Shown: positions 43,308 through 52,031, numbered from the stretch's first letter. The stretch is DNA of 63,661 nucleotides from an uncultured Candidatus Saccharibacteria bacterium (GCA_964503795.1 CAZDBT010000003.1:1-63661); one strand, 5' to 3'. The notes: a model not told the origin generated them from the letters alone. Numbers and translations: made by a program.

Positions 43308-43688
43308 ATGAATAAAAAACTTGTTTTGGGGATAGCGCTAGCGCTCGTTGTTTTGATCGGTGGTTATTGGATCTGGTCCGCAGTTCAACAAAGCCAGCAG
43401 TCGCCGGATAGTGGTTTGATCTCAAAAGAGAATCCAGCAAATAGCGGGACCTTATTAATTGAGATCAAGGGACGGGCCTTTATAGCATCAACGGCTACCG
43501 TGTCAGCGGGAACTACTGTTATCTGGAAAAACTATGACGATGTTCTCCATAGCGTTGTTGGTCAGAATTTCCAGAGCGGTCCTCTGAAGAAAGGTGAAAG
43601 CTATTCCCATATCTTCACTCAACCCGGTACCTATGCCTATTATGATGGTATCCAGCCGGCGACTAAGGGTCAGATCATCGTTAAATAG
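43308..43688 (+). CDS. Cupredoxin-fold protein, copper ligands degenerate
   Basis: Paralogue of 43703-44116 (VIWKNYDDVLHSVVG). The C-terminal loop reads YYDGIQPATKG instead of YYCGLHPNMKG. Confidence 0.6.
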   Translation: MNKKLVLGIALALVVLIGGYWIWSAVQQSQQSPDSGLISKENPANSGTLLIEIKGRAFIASTATVSAGTTVIWKNYDDVLHSVVGQNFQSGPLKKGESYSHIFTQPGTYAYYDGIQPATKGQIIVK

Positions 43689-43702
43689 AAATATCTGAAC
43701 GT

Positions 43703-44116
43703 ATGAATAAAAAACTGATTCTCTGGCTGTTCGTGGCAGTGCTTGCTTTGATCGCCGGCTACTTATTGTTGTCTTCTCCAAAGCCAAGCGCGGTAGCGCC
43801 GCAGCCGGTCTCGCCGACAGCAGTGACCCCGGTCGCTCCAAGTTCTTTGCCGACCTCCGGAGGGACCATTGAGGTGGCTATCAGGGGCTTCGCTTTTCTA
43901 TCGTCCACCGTCCGCATCGCTCCAGGGACGATCATCATTTGGAAAAATTACGATGATGTGCCTCACAGTGTGGTGGGCGCGGGTTTTCAGAGTCCGATCC
44001 TGCAAAAAGGGCAGACTTACTCGCACAAATTCACTACCGAAGGCACCTTTGCTTATTACTGCGGGCTTCATCCGAATATGAAGGGTGAGATCGTAGTGCG
44101 AGGCGGAATCTTTTAG
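43703..44116 (+). CDS. Cupredoxin (plastocyanin/amicyanin-like type-1 copper protein), membrane-anchored
   Basis: IIWKNYDDVPHSVVG plus FAYYCGLHPNMKGEIVV give a complete His...Cys-x2-His-x2-Met ligand set. Confidence 0.7.
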   Translation: MNKKLILWLFVAVLALIAGYLLLSSPKPSAVAPQPVSPTAVTPVAPSSLPTSGGTIEVAIRGFAFLSSTVRIAPGTIIIWKNYDDVPHSVVGAGFQSPILQKGQTYSHKFTTEGTFAYYCGLHPNMKGEIVVRGGIF

Positions 44117-44518
44117 ATGAACCGCAGTTGGGTCATTGGTTTGATCGTGGTATTGGCGCTGGGCCTGGCGGTTTATTATTTTGTCGGCGTTCCTTCACCG
44201 GATAAAGAACTAATGACCGGAGTGCGGGGAACGGTCAGCATCGGGCCGACCTGTCCGGTGCAGAGAATTCCACCCGACCCGAATTGCGCCGACCGGCCAT
44301 ACAAGGCGGATTTTAGCATTACCAATAAATATGGATATGCGGTTGGCAGGGTCAGTTCGGATGCCGATGGGAATTTTGAAGCGAGCTTGCCGCCGGGAGA
44401 ATACACCATCGCCCCGGTTTCTACCGGATTTTTGCCCCGCGCTTTCGCGCAAAATTTTACCGTGCCACCGATAGGTTTCGTGGAGATAAAAATTCAATTT
44501 GATAGTGGAATAAGATAA
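44117..44518 (+). CDS. Secreted carboxypeptidase-regulatory-like (CarboxypepD_reg) domain protein
   Basis: N-terminal TM helix. GRVSSDADGNFEASLPPGEYTI is typical of the beta-sandwich domain. Confidence 0.55.
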   Translation: MNRSWVIGLIVVLALGLAVYYFVGVPSPDKELMTGVRGTVSIGPTCPVQRIPPDPNCADRPYKADFSITNKYGYAVGRVSSDADGNFEASLPPGEYTIAPVSTGFLPRAFAQNFTVPPIGFVEIKIQFDSGIR

Positions 44519-44521
44519 TTC

Positions 44522-44674
44522 ATGGCTCCCAAAGAAAATTTAGTGAACGTTCAACTACATTACGCCTCCTCGGAGTTCACGCGGTTTTTTACAATAGTGA
44601 GCGATTATAAATGGCTGATCGCCGCCACGGTCGTCGCATTTTTCCTTCTGCTTTATTGGCTCTGGCGCCGATAG
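44522..44674 (+). CDS. Possible 50-aa tail-anchored membrane peptide
   Basis: Read by eye (below the ORF-track cut-off): MAPKENLVNVQLHYASSEFTRFFTIVSDYKWLIAATVVAFFLLLYWLWRR. Starts 3 nt after the upstream stop. Confidence 0.3.
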   Translation: MAPKENLVNVQLHYASSEFTRFFTIVSDYKWLIAATVVAFFLLLYWLWRR

Positions 44675-44687
44675 AGTTTTACATCCC

Positions 44688-44723
44688 AAAAAATAATTGC
44701 TAAACTTTTAGCAATTATTTTTT
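44688..44723 (+). terminator. AT-rich palindromic terminator
   Basis: AATAATTGCTAAA-CT-TTTAGCAATTATT perfect inverted repeat flanked by A-run and T-run. It abuts the ATG at 44724. Confidence 0.55.
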
Positions 44724-45635
44724 ATGTTGAAGTTTTTGTATGCGGGGCTGGTCGCGATTTTTACCGGAGTGCTGATCTTTGTCGGCGCCCGACAGGGATT
44801 ATTTTCGCCGGCTGATCATTCGGGGCTTACAGCGGATCTCAAGCTTGTTTCGGAATCCTCTGTCCATTCCCCGGCCTTAACAGTTCCTAAGCCGGATAAA
44901 CCTAAAACTGCTGCGGTTAAAGTTGCCTCGCCGGCACCCGCACCCATGCCCTCTCCGGTTTTTGCCTCGGTGCCGCCAACTCAAGTGGTTTTGCCCGTTC
45001 CCGCGCCGCAGCCGACTCCAGCTCCAACGCCGGTTCCGGCCCCGACGCCCGCTCCGGCGCCTGCTCCTGAACCCGTTCCAACGCCACAACCATCTCCGGT
45101 TCCCGAACCAACTTCGGCCCCAGCGCCCGTACCCGAACCTTCTCCAGAGCCATCACCAGTGCCAGCTCCGGAACCGATCACAATTTTCATAAGTGAGATT
45201 TTATTCAATCCATCCGGCTCCGATGTCGGGAAGGAATTCATAGAGCTATATAATCCAACTAATGCCGAAGTCGATCTAAATAATTGGTCAATGAAATATT
45301 CGGTTGGTACATCAACGACCGAAAATCAGATTGCTAGTTTCGGTTCGAAATCCAGCGACATCACTATCATAAAAGCGCACGGATTTTTGTTGATCGGCGC
45401 GAACGGTTACGCGGGAAATCCGGCGGGGGATGTTGTGAGATCGGTAGCATTGCAAAATTCGATCGCCACGATTTTTCTTTATACCGACACCGGCGTCACT
45501 ATGGATCAGGTTGATTATGATGGCACGCCGTTTTTGCCGGACGGTGGTCCAAGTTGGGAGCGGCAAAACTACACCGGTAGTTTCCAGTGGGAAACAAATC
45601 CGAATCCACAGAATTCCCAAAGCCCAGTTATTTAG
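44724..45635 (+). CDS. Lamin-tail-domain (LTD) surface protein with Pro-rich linker
   Basis: N-terminal TM helix. PAPxP linker. ISEILFNPSGSDVGKEFIELYNPTNAEVDLNNWSM matches the LTD pattern. Confidence 0.7.
   Translation: MLKFLYAGLVAIFTGVLIFVGARQGLFSPADHSGLTADLKLVSESSVHSPALTVPKPDKPKTAAVKVASPAPAPMPSPVFASVPPTQVVLPVPAPQPTPAPTPVPAPTPAPAPAPEPVPTPQPSPVPEPTSAPAPVPEPSPEPSPVPAPEPITIFISEILFNPSGSDVGKEFIELYNPTNAEVDLNNWSMKYSVGTSTTENQIASFGSKSSDITIIKAHGFLLIGANGYAGNPAGDVVRSVALQNSIATIFLYTDTGVTMDQVDYDGTPFLPDGGPSWERQNYTGSFQWETNPNPQNSQSPVI
44928..45176 (+). repeat. Low-complexity Pro/Ala/Thr/Glu linker coding repeat
   Basis: SPAPAPMPSP...PVPAPQPTPAPTPVPAPTPAPAPAPEPVPTPQPSPVPEPTSAPAPVPEPSPEPSPVPAPEP. It spawns spurious ORFs in four other frames. 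Confidence 0.8.
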
Positions 45636-46056
45636 AGGCCGTAGGGCAGGAGCCGGTTCCGCCGACGCTGGACAGAACTTTATTGGTAACGATCTCGGTT
45701 ATTTTGCTGACCAAGGTCGGGTCCGAGCTTACAGAGGAAAGTTGTTGCACTATCTCTTTCGTGCGCTCAATGGTTTGTAGCGCAGCAGCTTGTTCGGTTT
45801 TGCTGGCGGAGGGATTTTCTACTGCCTTGGTCAGATAGCTGAAATTTTTATCCAATTCCGCGAGCAACTTTTCTTTTTGGTACTGCGGGGTCGCGTAAAG
45901 GTCGTCAACGGCTTTTTTAACTTCAGTCGGAATGAAATTTTGGTTGTCCACGTAGCTCAACCCTTTTTCTTTGATGGCGTCGGGAGCGAAATAGAAAGCC
46001 ACTCCGCCCACGGCCGCTATTACTACCAGCATAAAAACTAATTTGATTAATCCCAT
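45628..46056 (-). CDS. Membrane-anchored hypothetical protein
   Basis: 142 aa. N-terminal TM helix (LIKLVFMLVVIAAVGGVAFYF). No recognisable domain. Confidence 0.5.
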   Translation of the reverse strand: MGLIKLVFMLVVIAAVGGVAFYFAPDAIKEKGLSYVDNQNFIPTEVKKAVDDLYATPQYQKEKLLAELDKNFSYLTKAVENPSASKTEQAAALQTIERTKEIVQQLSSVSSDPTLVSKITEIVTNKVLSSVGGTGSCPTASK

Positions 46057-46101
46057 ATAATATCTATTGTACCACTTAAAATTTTTGCTATAATCTACTT
46101 T

Positions 46102-46731
46102 ATGCTTTATAAAATTTTAGGAGTCTTAGTGATCGCGATAGTGATAGCGGGTGGTGTTTATATGATCGTGTCGGATAACCAAAAAACTTCGGTTGTGTCG
46201 CCAGCCGATGGAAATCAATTACCAACTAATACAAATTCCATGCAGACCGCTCTTATTGAAACCAGCTTAGGGAATATAAAAGTTCAGTTTTATCCGGAAA
46301 ATGCTCCTAAAACAGTGGCTAATTTCGTGAAACTGGCCGGCCAGAAATATTATGACGGCCTTATTTTTCACCGCGTGATCCCGGGCTTTATGGTACAAGG
46401 CGGCGATCCCAACTGCACTCCGTCCCGAAGCGCGGGAGCTTGCGGCGCTGGCGGCCCAGGTTACAAGTTTGATGATGAATTGGATCCGAACACTTCTTTC
46501 GCGAAAACCGGCTATCAAAAAGGAGTAGTCGCGATGGCCAATGCCGGGCCGAATACCAACGGCAGCCAGTTCTTCATTATGGTGGCCAACGTTCCGTTGC
46601 CTTATAACTACACTATTTTCGGAAAAGTACTGGAAGGCCAAGATGTGGCTGACAAGATCAGTATGACCAAACGAGATTCCGGAGATCGTCCGTTGGAGGC
46701 AGTAGTGATAAAGAAAGTAACTATTCTGTAA
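46102..46731 (+). CDS. ppiB: Peptidyl-prolyl cis-trans isomerase, cyclophilin type, membrane-anchored
   Basis: YYDGLIFHRVIPGFMVQGGDP, GVVAMANAGPNTNGSQFFI and IFGKVLEG motifs. Confidence 0.85.
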   Translation: MLYKILGVLVIAIVIAGGVYMIVSDNQKTSVVSPADGNQLPTNTNSMQTALIETSLGNIKVQFYPENAPKTVANFVKLAGQKYYDGLIFHRVIPGFMVQGGDPNCTPSRSAGACGAGGPGYKFDDELDPNTSFAKTGYQKGVVAMANAGPNTNGSQFFIMVANVPLPYNYTIFGKVLEGQDVADKISMTKRDSGDRPLEAVVIKKVTIL

Positions 46732-46734
46732 ATA

Positions 46735-46764
46735 AAAATCCCCGACGAAAGTCGGGGGTTTGGT
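46735..46764. terminator. Bidirectional terminator between convergent genes
   Basis: CCCCGAC-GAAA-GTCGGGG hairpin flanked by AAAAAT and GTTTGGTTT. Confidence 0.7.
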
Positions 46765-47361
46765 TTAGTCTTTTGCGTTCATCGCCGGTATGACCCTGCA
46801 GGAGACGAAGGAGCGAATTTCCTTTTTCAGTATCTCGCGGTCGTTGGAGTTGTTCTTTATTTCCCAATCGGCTCGGATGCCGATTTCCGGGATGAAGATC
46901 TCGGTTTCGGCCTTCTCTTCGGCATCAAATTGTTCCCGAGTCATGCCTTTTTCTCCGACATTCTCGTCGCGTCCACCGAGGCGACCGAATCGCACATCGG
47001 ATCTCGCGGTAATGTAGAGCAAGATACCGCCACTCAAGGTTCGGATGAACTTTTCGTCCGACGGCCAGCGCACCCCGTCCAGGATGCTTACCTGGGCCCG
47101 GTTAGCTTCCAACATCTTACGCATTCTTTCGGTGACCGCGCCCGGTCGGCGACTGTTCATGAAATAAGCCAGATCCTGAAGGTTAGCGCGGGTTATGTCC
47201 ACATCGTACTCATCCAGCGTTTTACGCATGGGATCGGAGAACTTGAACTCATCGACGCTGGTGATGATACCGTTCTCCGCCAAGACTTCCCGGAACAATT
47301 TGCAGAAAGTCCCTTTGCCGGCGCCTTTTTCCCCTACCAGTCCGATCGTGATCCGGTTCAT
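46765..47361 (-). CDS. P-loop nucleotide/nucleoside kinase-like protein
   Basis: Walker A IGLVGEKGAGKGT. Size and layout resemble dNMP/dephospho-CoA kinases. Confidence 0.5.
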   Translation of the reverse strand: MNRITIGLVGEKGAGKGTFCKLFREVLAENGIITSVDEFKFSDPMRKTLDEYDVDITRANLQDLAYFMNSRRPGAVTERMRKMLEANRAQVSILDGVRWPSDEKFIRTLSGGILLYITARSDVRFGRLGGRDENVGEKGMTREQFDAEEKAETEIFIPEIGIRADWEIKNNSNDREILKKEIRSFVSCRVIPAMNAKD

Positions 47362-47981
47362 CCCACTATCCTCAAAAGTTCCGTCAGTGATTTAACCACA
47401 AAATCGGGCTTTTGGGCAACCAGCAGTTTGCGGGAGTTATAGCCAGAAGCGAAAGCGATCGAGACAATACCTGCCAAGTTAGCCGCTTCAACATCAGAGG
47501 CTGTATCGCCGACATAGAATGTTTGCGCCGGTGAAACTTGGAGTTTTTCCATCATTTCCAGAAAAGTCGATCGCTTATCCTCGCGACCGCCGATCAGAAA
47601 GTCGAAATCCCCGCGGATCTTCAGATGATGGACTCGTTCTTCAAAAAGCGGCTCCCGCAAGGCGCTGACCACTCCGGTGACCATCCTCAATTCCCTTAGC
47701 TGCTGAACAACCGTGATGGCATCGGAGCGTAATCTGGTTTCACCCCAAAGCGGATGAATGGTAGCGCTGAAGATCTCATGAACCATCATCTGGGTGATAT
47801 CTCTGGGGATGCCTTGTTCGTGATACCACTTCTGATTGATCATAGGAGAATTGCGAAAAATTTTCCGGGACGGAGGTTTCAGTCCGAACTTGTGGAATAC
47901 CGAAGCCATTCCCGCGTAAACTATTTCCAGATCATCCGCTAAAGTTCCGTTGAAATCGAACATCGCCAGCCTGTATTTCAA
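47358..47981 (-). CDS. HAD-superfamily hydrolase (phosphoglycolate phosphatase-like)
   Basis: Motif I AMFDFNGTLADD (second Asp replaced by Asn) and YVGDTASDVEAA (motif IV). ATGA overlap with the kinase gene. Confidence 0.65.
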   Translation of the reverse strand: MKYRLAMFDFNGTLADDLEIVYAGMASVFHKFGLKPPSRKIFRNSPMINQKWYHEQGIPRDITQMMVHEIFSATIHPLWGETRLRSDAITVVQQLRELRMVTGVVSALREPLFEERVHHLKIRGDFDFLIGGREDKRSTFLEMMEKLQVSPAQTFYVGDTASDVEAANLAGIVSIAFASGYNSRKLLVAQKPDFVVKSLTELLRIVG

Positions 47982-48019
47982 TTAGCATCCTTTCAATGTT
48001 CTGGCTGTATAATAAACTA

Positions 48020-48487
48020 ATGGTGGCTATTTTGCACAGCGTCCGGAGCTTGCACAATGTTGGGTCTATTTTCCGCACCGCCGACGCGGCCGGTATTGAG
48101 AAACTTTACCTTTGCGGAATTACTCCTACTCCATTCGACCGCTTCGGTTCTGTACGTCAGCAAGTGGCGAAAGTTTCTTTGGGAGCGGAAAAAAGCGTCG
48201 CTTGGGAGAAAGTTTCTTCCGCGGGCCGCCTGATCGATCAGTTGAAAAAAGACGGCTATAAAATATTCATGCTTGAACAGTCGTCGAGATCCATTCCTTA
48301 TCAGCGGTTCCCTAAAGTTTTTGGGAAAAAAGTTGCTTTACTGGTTGGGCACGAAGTTAAGGGTCTGCCGTCGGCAATACTTAAGAAAGCTGATAAGATC
48401 TTAGAGATACCGATGCGTGGCAAAAAAGAATCGTTGAATGTCGGAGTGGCATTCGGAACCGCGGTTTTCAAATTAATTTATGGCTAA
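48020..48487 (+). CDS. SpoU/TrmH-family RNA 2'-O-methyltransferase
   Basis: HNVGSIFRTADAAGIEKLYLCG, LLVGHEVKGL and IPMRGKKESLNVGVAFG motifs. Alternative start at 47996. Confidence 0.75.
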   Translation: MVAILHSVRSLHNVGSIFRTADAAGIEKLYLCGITPTPFDRFGSVRQQVAKVSLGAEKSVAWEKVSSAGRLIDQLKKDGYKIFMLEQSSRSIPYQRFPKVFGKKVALLVGHEVKGLPSAILKKADKILEIPMRGKKESLNVGVAFGTAVFKLIYG

Positions 48488-48935
48488 AATTATATTTTTT
48501 CTTGCCTTCGCAGCGCTCTTAGCCGCCGTTTTATTATTTTTGATCATTCCACGGAAACCGGCGCAGGATCTGGTTCAAGCCGATCTTGATGCCAACGGTC
48601 ACATTTTACGCGTGGAAATCGCCGATACGATGGCGACCCGGGCGCAAGGACTTTCCGGTAGAGAGAGATTATCGGAGGACGAGGGGATGTTTTTTATTTT
48701 CCCGATCCCGGCGATCTATCCTTTTTGGATGAAGGATATGGAATTTCCGATCGACATCGTTTGGATCCGCGGAGAAAAAATAGTCGGGGTCACTGAAAAC
48801 GCGGCAGTGCCGGATTCCTCAAGCGGTCTACCTATCTATTCGCCGCCGACTCTAATTGATAAAGTTTTGGAGGTGGATGCGGGTGTGGCAAAAACGCTCG
48901 GTTTAACCGAGGGCGGAATGGTAAAATTGAAATAA
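48480..48935 (+). CDS. DUF192 domain protein
   Basis: RAQGLSGRERLSEDEGMFFIFP...FWMKDMEFPIDIVWI. Confidence 0.65.
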   Translation: MAKIIFFLAFAALLAAVLLFLIIPRKPAQDLVQADLDANGHILRVEIADTMATRAQGLSGRERLSEDEGMFFIFPIPAIYPFWMKDMEFPIDIVWIRGEKIVGVTENAAVPDSSSGLPIYSPPTLIDKVLEVDAGVAKTLGLTEGGMVKLK

Positions 48936-49321
48936 TGGTTTGTGTATTAAAGAAGGGTGAGGATTTTTTCGGAAAGTTCCGGGAGTTTTTAAAGCGAAAC
49001 CGGGTGAACAGCGGATTTTTCTACGGCTTAGGCGGTTTCCAAAAAGCCGAACTTGCTTTTTATGATCTGCGGACCAAAAAATATAACAAGAAAAAATTTC
49101 TCGGTCCGTTCGAAGTTTTGAGTATCAAAGGAAATATCGCGCAGGGCGATGACGATATTGCGCTTCACGCGCACGTGGTGTTAGGCGATAAGAACTTCAA
49201 AACTTTCGGTGGACATCTGATGAACGCGACCATCAGCGGTACTTTGGAGCTGAATATCGTTGACGCGGGCATGCTGGAAAGAAAGTTTGATGACGAGACG
49301 GGGTTGAATCTGTTAAAATGA
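48935..49321 (+). CDS. PPC (DUF296) domain protein
   Basis: 128 aa. FEVLSIKGNIA...ALHAHVVLGD...GGHL pattern. Confidence 0.55.
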   Translation: MVCVLKKGEDFFGKFREFLKRNRVNSGFFYGLGGFQKAELAFYDLRTKKYNKKKFLGPFEVLSIKGNIAQGDDDIALHAHVVLGDKNFKTFGGHLMNATISGTLELNIVDAGMLERKFDDETGLNLLK

Positions 49322-49325
49322 ACCC

Positions 49326-50363
49326 ATGGCAAAAATAGCAATTAATGGTTTCGGTAGGATCGGTCGGTTGTTTTTCCGTCAGGCTTTCGGAAAAAAAGGC
49401 ATGGAGATCGTCGCCATCAATGACTTGGGCGATATTGAGAACCTGGCTTATTTATTAAAATACGATTCGGTTTACCGGACCTACGATAAAACGGTTGGCT
49501 TTGAACGCAATCCGAACGGCGGCGGTGTTTTAATAGTGGATGGGAAAAAGATCGGCGTTATCCAGGAAAAAGATCTGACGAAATTGCCCTGGAAGGGTTT
49601 GGATATTGACGTGGTAGTGGAGTCCACCGGCGCGTTCGAATCTTTTGAAAAAGCCGCGGTGCATGTAACGGCGGCCGGCGCGAAAAAAGTAGTGATCTCC
49701 GCTCCGGCAAAAGATGATGAGGGAGTGGCCGGCGGCCAGACGATCTTGTTGGGTCTCAACGAAGAAAAATTCAAAACCTGCAATGTTTCTTCCAACGGCT
49801 CCTGCACGACCAATGGCACTCATCCGGTGGCCGCGGTGATGCACGAAGCCATCGGTATCCAGAAAGCATTTTTATCCACGACCCATGGTTATACCGCGAC
49901 CCAAAATCTGGTGGACGGTCCCACCAAAGGCCACGATTTCCGGCGTGGCCGGGCGGCGGCCGTAAATATCACCCCGTCTTTCACCGGCGCGGCAATTTCG
50001 GTGACTCGCGGCATTCCGGAGCTGGCCGGAAAATTTGATGGCATCGCTTTGCGTGTGCCGGTGATCACCGGTTCCTGCGCCGATTTTACTTTTCTGACCA
50101 AACGCAAAACAACTATTGAAGAGGTGAACGATGCTTTTCGGGCGGCGGCAAAGACCAAACGCTGGAAAGGAGTTTTGGAAGTCAGCGAAGACCAACTGGT
50201 CTCTTCCGATATTATCGGCATGTCCGCCGCTTCCATGGTGGATCTGCAATATACCAAAGTGGTGGATGGAGATCTGGTGAAGGTGTTGTCCTGGTACGAC
50301 AATGAGTGGGGATATGTAACCACGCTGGTGACGCATGTCCAAAAAGCGGCGGAAGCTTTGTAA
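49326..50363 (+). CDS. gap: Glyceraldehyde-3-phosphate dehydrogenase, type I
   Basis: INGFGRIGR, SNGSCTTNG (catalytic Cys) and WYDNEWGY motifs. Confidence 0.9.
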   Translation: MAKIAINGFGRIGRLFFRQAFGKKGMEIVAINDLGDIENLAYLLKYDSVYRTYDKTVGFERNPNGGGVLIVDGKKIGVIQEKDLTKLPWKGLDIDVVVESTGAFESFEKAAVHVTAAGAKKVVISAPAKDDEGVAGGQTILLGLNEEKFKTCNVSSNGSCTTNGTHPVAAVMHEAIGIQKAFLSTTHGYTATQNLVDGPTKGHDFRRGRAAAVNITPSFTGAAISVTRGIPELAGKFDGIALRVPVITGSCADFTFLTKRKTTIEEVNDAFRAAAKTKRWKGVLEVSEDQLVSSDIIGMSAASMVDLQYTKVVDGDLVKVLSWYDNEWGYVTTLVTHVQKAAEAL

Positions 50364-50366
50364 AAG

Positions 50367-50804
50367 ATGAAAATTTATTTGGGCGGCGATCACGCCGGTC
50401 TGCAACTCAAGGAAAAGGTTAAGGAAGTTCTCATTGAATGGGGCTACGAAGTGGAAGACTGCGGCCCTTTTGAATATAACAACGACGATGACTATCCGGA
50501 TTTTTGTATCCCGGTAGCCAAGGCCGTAGCCAAAGATCCGGACAAAAGCCGGGGAATTTTATTCGGGGGCTCCGGGCAGGGAGAGGCGATGGTGGCCAAT
50601 CGTCAGAAAAAAGTGCGAGCGACAGTTTTTTACGGTGGGCCGGAGGACATCGTTCAGCTTTCCCGCGAGCACAACAATGCCAACGTCCTTTCCATCGGTA
50701 CTCGCTTTGTTGAAGAAAAAGAGGCGTTGAGAGTGATCAAGATGTGGCTTGAAGCGCCGTTCCCGGCAGAAGAAAGACACAAGAGGAGGATCGATAAGTT
50801 TTAA
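50367..50804 (+). CDS. rpiB: Ribose-5-phosphate isomerase B
   Basis: MKIYLGGDHAGLQLKEKV, GILFGGSGQGEAMVANR and NVLSIGTRF motifs. Confidence 0.85.
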   Translation: MKIYLGGDHAGLQLKEKVKEVLIEWGYEVEDCGPFEYNNDDDYPDFCIPVAKAVAKDPDKSRGILFGGSGQGEAMVANRQKKVRATVFYGGPEDIVQLSREHNNANVLSIGTRFVEEKEALRVIKMWLEAPFPAEERHKRRIDKF

Positions 50805-50806
50805 AT

Positions 50807-50832
50807 TCCGCGCTTTACGCGCGGGATTTTTT
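50807..50832 (+). terminator. Rho-independent terminator
   Basis: TCCGCGC-TTTAC-GCGCGGGA hairpin followed by TTTTTT. A TATAAT box follows at 50837-50842. Confidence 0.7.
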
Positions 50833-50871
50833 ATTGTATAATCACAGCGGTTCTAAATTAGGAGAAGCTGG

Positions 50872-51330
50872 ATGCCTGAAAGGAAACTGGTGATGAGTGA
50901 TCCGAAGGGTTCGGCCGCCTGTTCCTGCGTTGGCGTGATCGTAAGGCACAGAGGAAAGGTCCTGATGCTTGATCGGCTTAAGGGAGTTCCGGGTTGGGCT
51001 TGCCCGGCCGGTCATCGTGATCCCGGAGAGTTTCCGCTGGACTGCGCAAGGCGCGAGTTGTTCGAGGAAACTGATCTGGATCTGGCAACATCGCATAGTG
51101 AACGGCTGGTTCTGCACACAGAGATCAATAATGTCTGTAGCAGGGGAGCCACGTCTCACGTCTGGCATGTCTACATCGCGGAAATGGGAGATGCTTACTT
51201 CAAACTAAAAGAACCGAGCAAGCATCGGGATATGAACTGGTTCTCTCCCGAACAACTGGAGGAGATGCGGCTTGAACCGGTGTGGCGGTTGATCTTGGAA
51301 GAAGTGGGGATTTTGAGGAAGGCGGCTTAA
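50872..51330 (+). CDS. NUDIX hydrolase; GC-rich
   Basis: NUDIX box GHRDPGEFPLDCARRELFEETDL. GGAG RBS. About 58% GC in a sampled 60-mer. Confidence 0.75.
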   Translation: MPERKLVMSDPKGSAACSCVGVIVRHRGKVLMLDRLKGVPGWACPAGHRDPGEFPLDCARRELFEETDLDLATSHSERLVLHTEINNVCSRGATSHVWHVYIAEMGDAYFKLKEPSKHRDMNWFSPEQLEEMRLEPVWRLILEEVGILRKAA

Positions 51331-51339
51331 TATCTAGTG

Positions 51340-51362
51340 TCCGGCGAAAGCCGGATTTTTTA
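51340..51362 (+). terminator. Rho-independent terminator
   Basis: TCCGGC-GAAA-GCCGGA hairpin followed by TTTTTTATT. Confidence 0.8.
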
Positions 51363-51380
51363 TTATGGTAAAATTATTCA

Positions 51381-52028
51381 ATGACCGTAATTCCCGGAGT
51401 GGAGGGCGCGGATGAGACATCGGTTAAGGCGCAGTACGAAAAAGTAAAAAATTTGAATCCGGAGGGCTGGGTGCATTTGGATATCACCGACGGCAAATTT
51501 TCTCCGGCGGTAAATTGGGGTTCCCCGCCAGCACTCCAGTCGCTAGTCGCCAGTCGCCAGTCGCTAGTCAAGGTAGAGCTACACCTTATGGTGGAGGATC
51601 CGGAAGAAGAACTGGACGCTTGGTTGAAGACCGGGTTAGTGAAGAGGGTGATTGTCCACCTGGAAGCGATGTCCGATCCGGTCTTCGTGGTGACTAAATG
51701 TAGGGAATATAATGTTGAACCGATGCTGGCGATCAAGCCGGAGACGGAGGTCGAGCGGTTATTTGCTCACAAAGACGACTTCCGGGCTTTTCAGATCCTG
51801 GCGGTTGCTCCCGGCTGGCCCGGGCAGAAGTTTGATGAGAAAATATTAGCCAAAATTCACTGGCTAAAGGAGAAAATACCGAATGCTATAATAGAGATAG
51901 ACGGCGGAGTCAATCCGGAAGTGGCCAGAAAGTGCTACGACGCCGGAGCGAACGTCCTTGTTTCCACGTCTTACGTCCAAAAAAGCCAAGATCCGCAGAA
52001 AGCCTATGAAGAACTGGTGAATATTTAG
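51381..52028 (+). CDS. rpe: Ribulose-phosphate 3-epimerase-like protein
   Basis: HLDITDGKFSP, ELHLMVEDP, ILAVAPGWPGQKF and IEIDGGVN motifs. Confidence 0.75.
   Translation: MTVIPGVEGADETSVKAQYEKVKNLNPEGWVHLDITDGKFSPAVNWGSPPALQSLVASRQSLVKVELHLMVEDPEEELDAWLKTGLVKRVIVHLEAMSDPVFVVTKCREYNVEPMLAIKPETEVERLFAHKDDFRAFQILAVAPGWPGQKFDEKILAKIHWLKEKIPNAIIEIDGGVNPEVARKCYDAGANVLVSTSYVQKSQDPQKAYEELVNI
51538..51569 (+). repeat. Heptanucleotide tandem repeat (AGTCGCY) x4.6 inside rpe
   Basis: agtcgcT agtcgcC agtcgcC agtcgcT agtc, translated as QSLVASRQSLV. Confidence 0.9.
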
Positions 52029-52031
52029 CAA

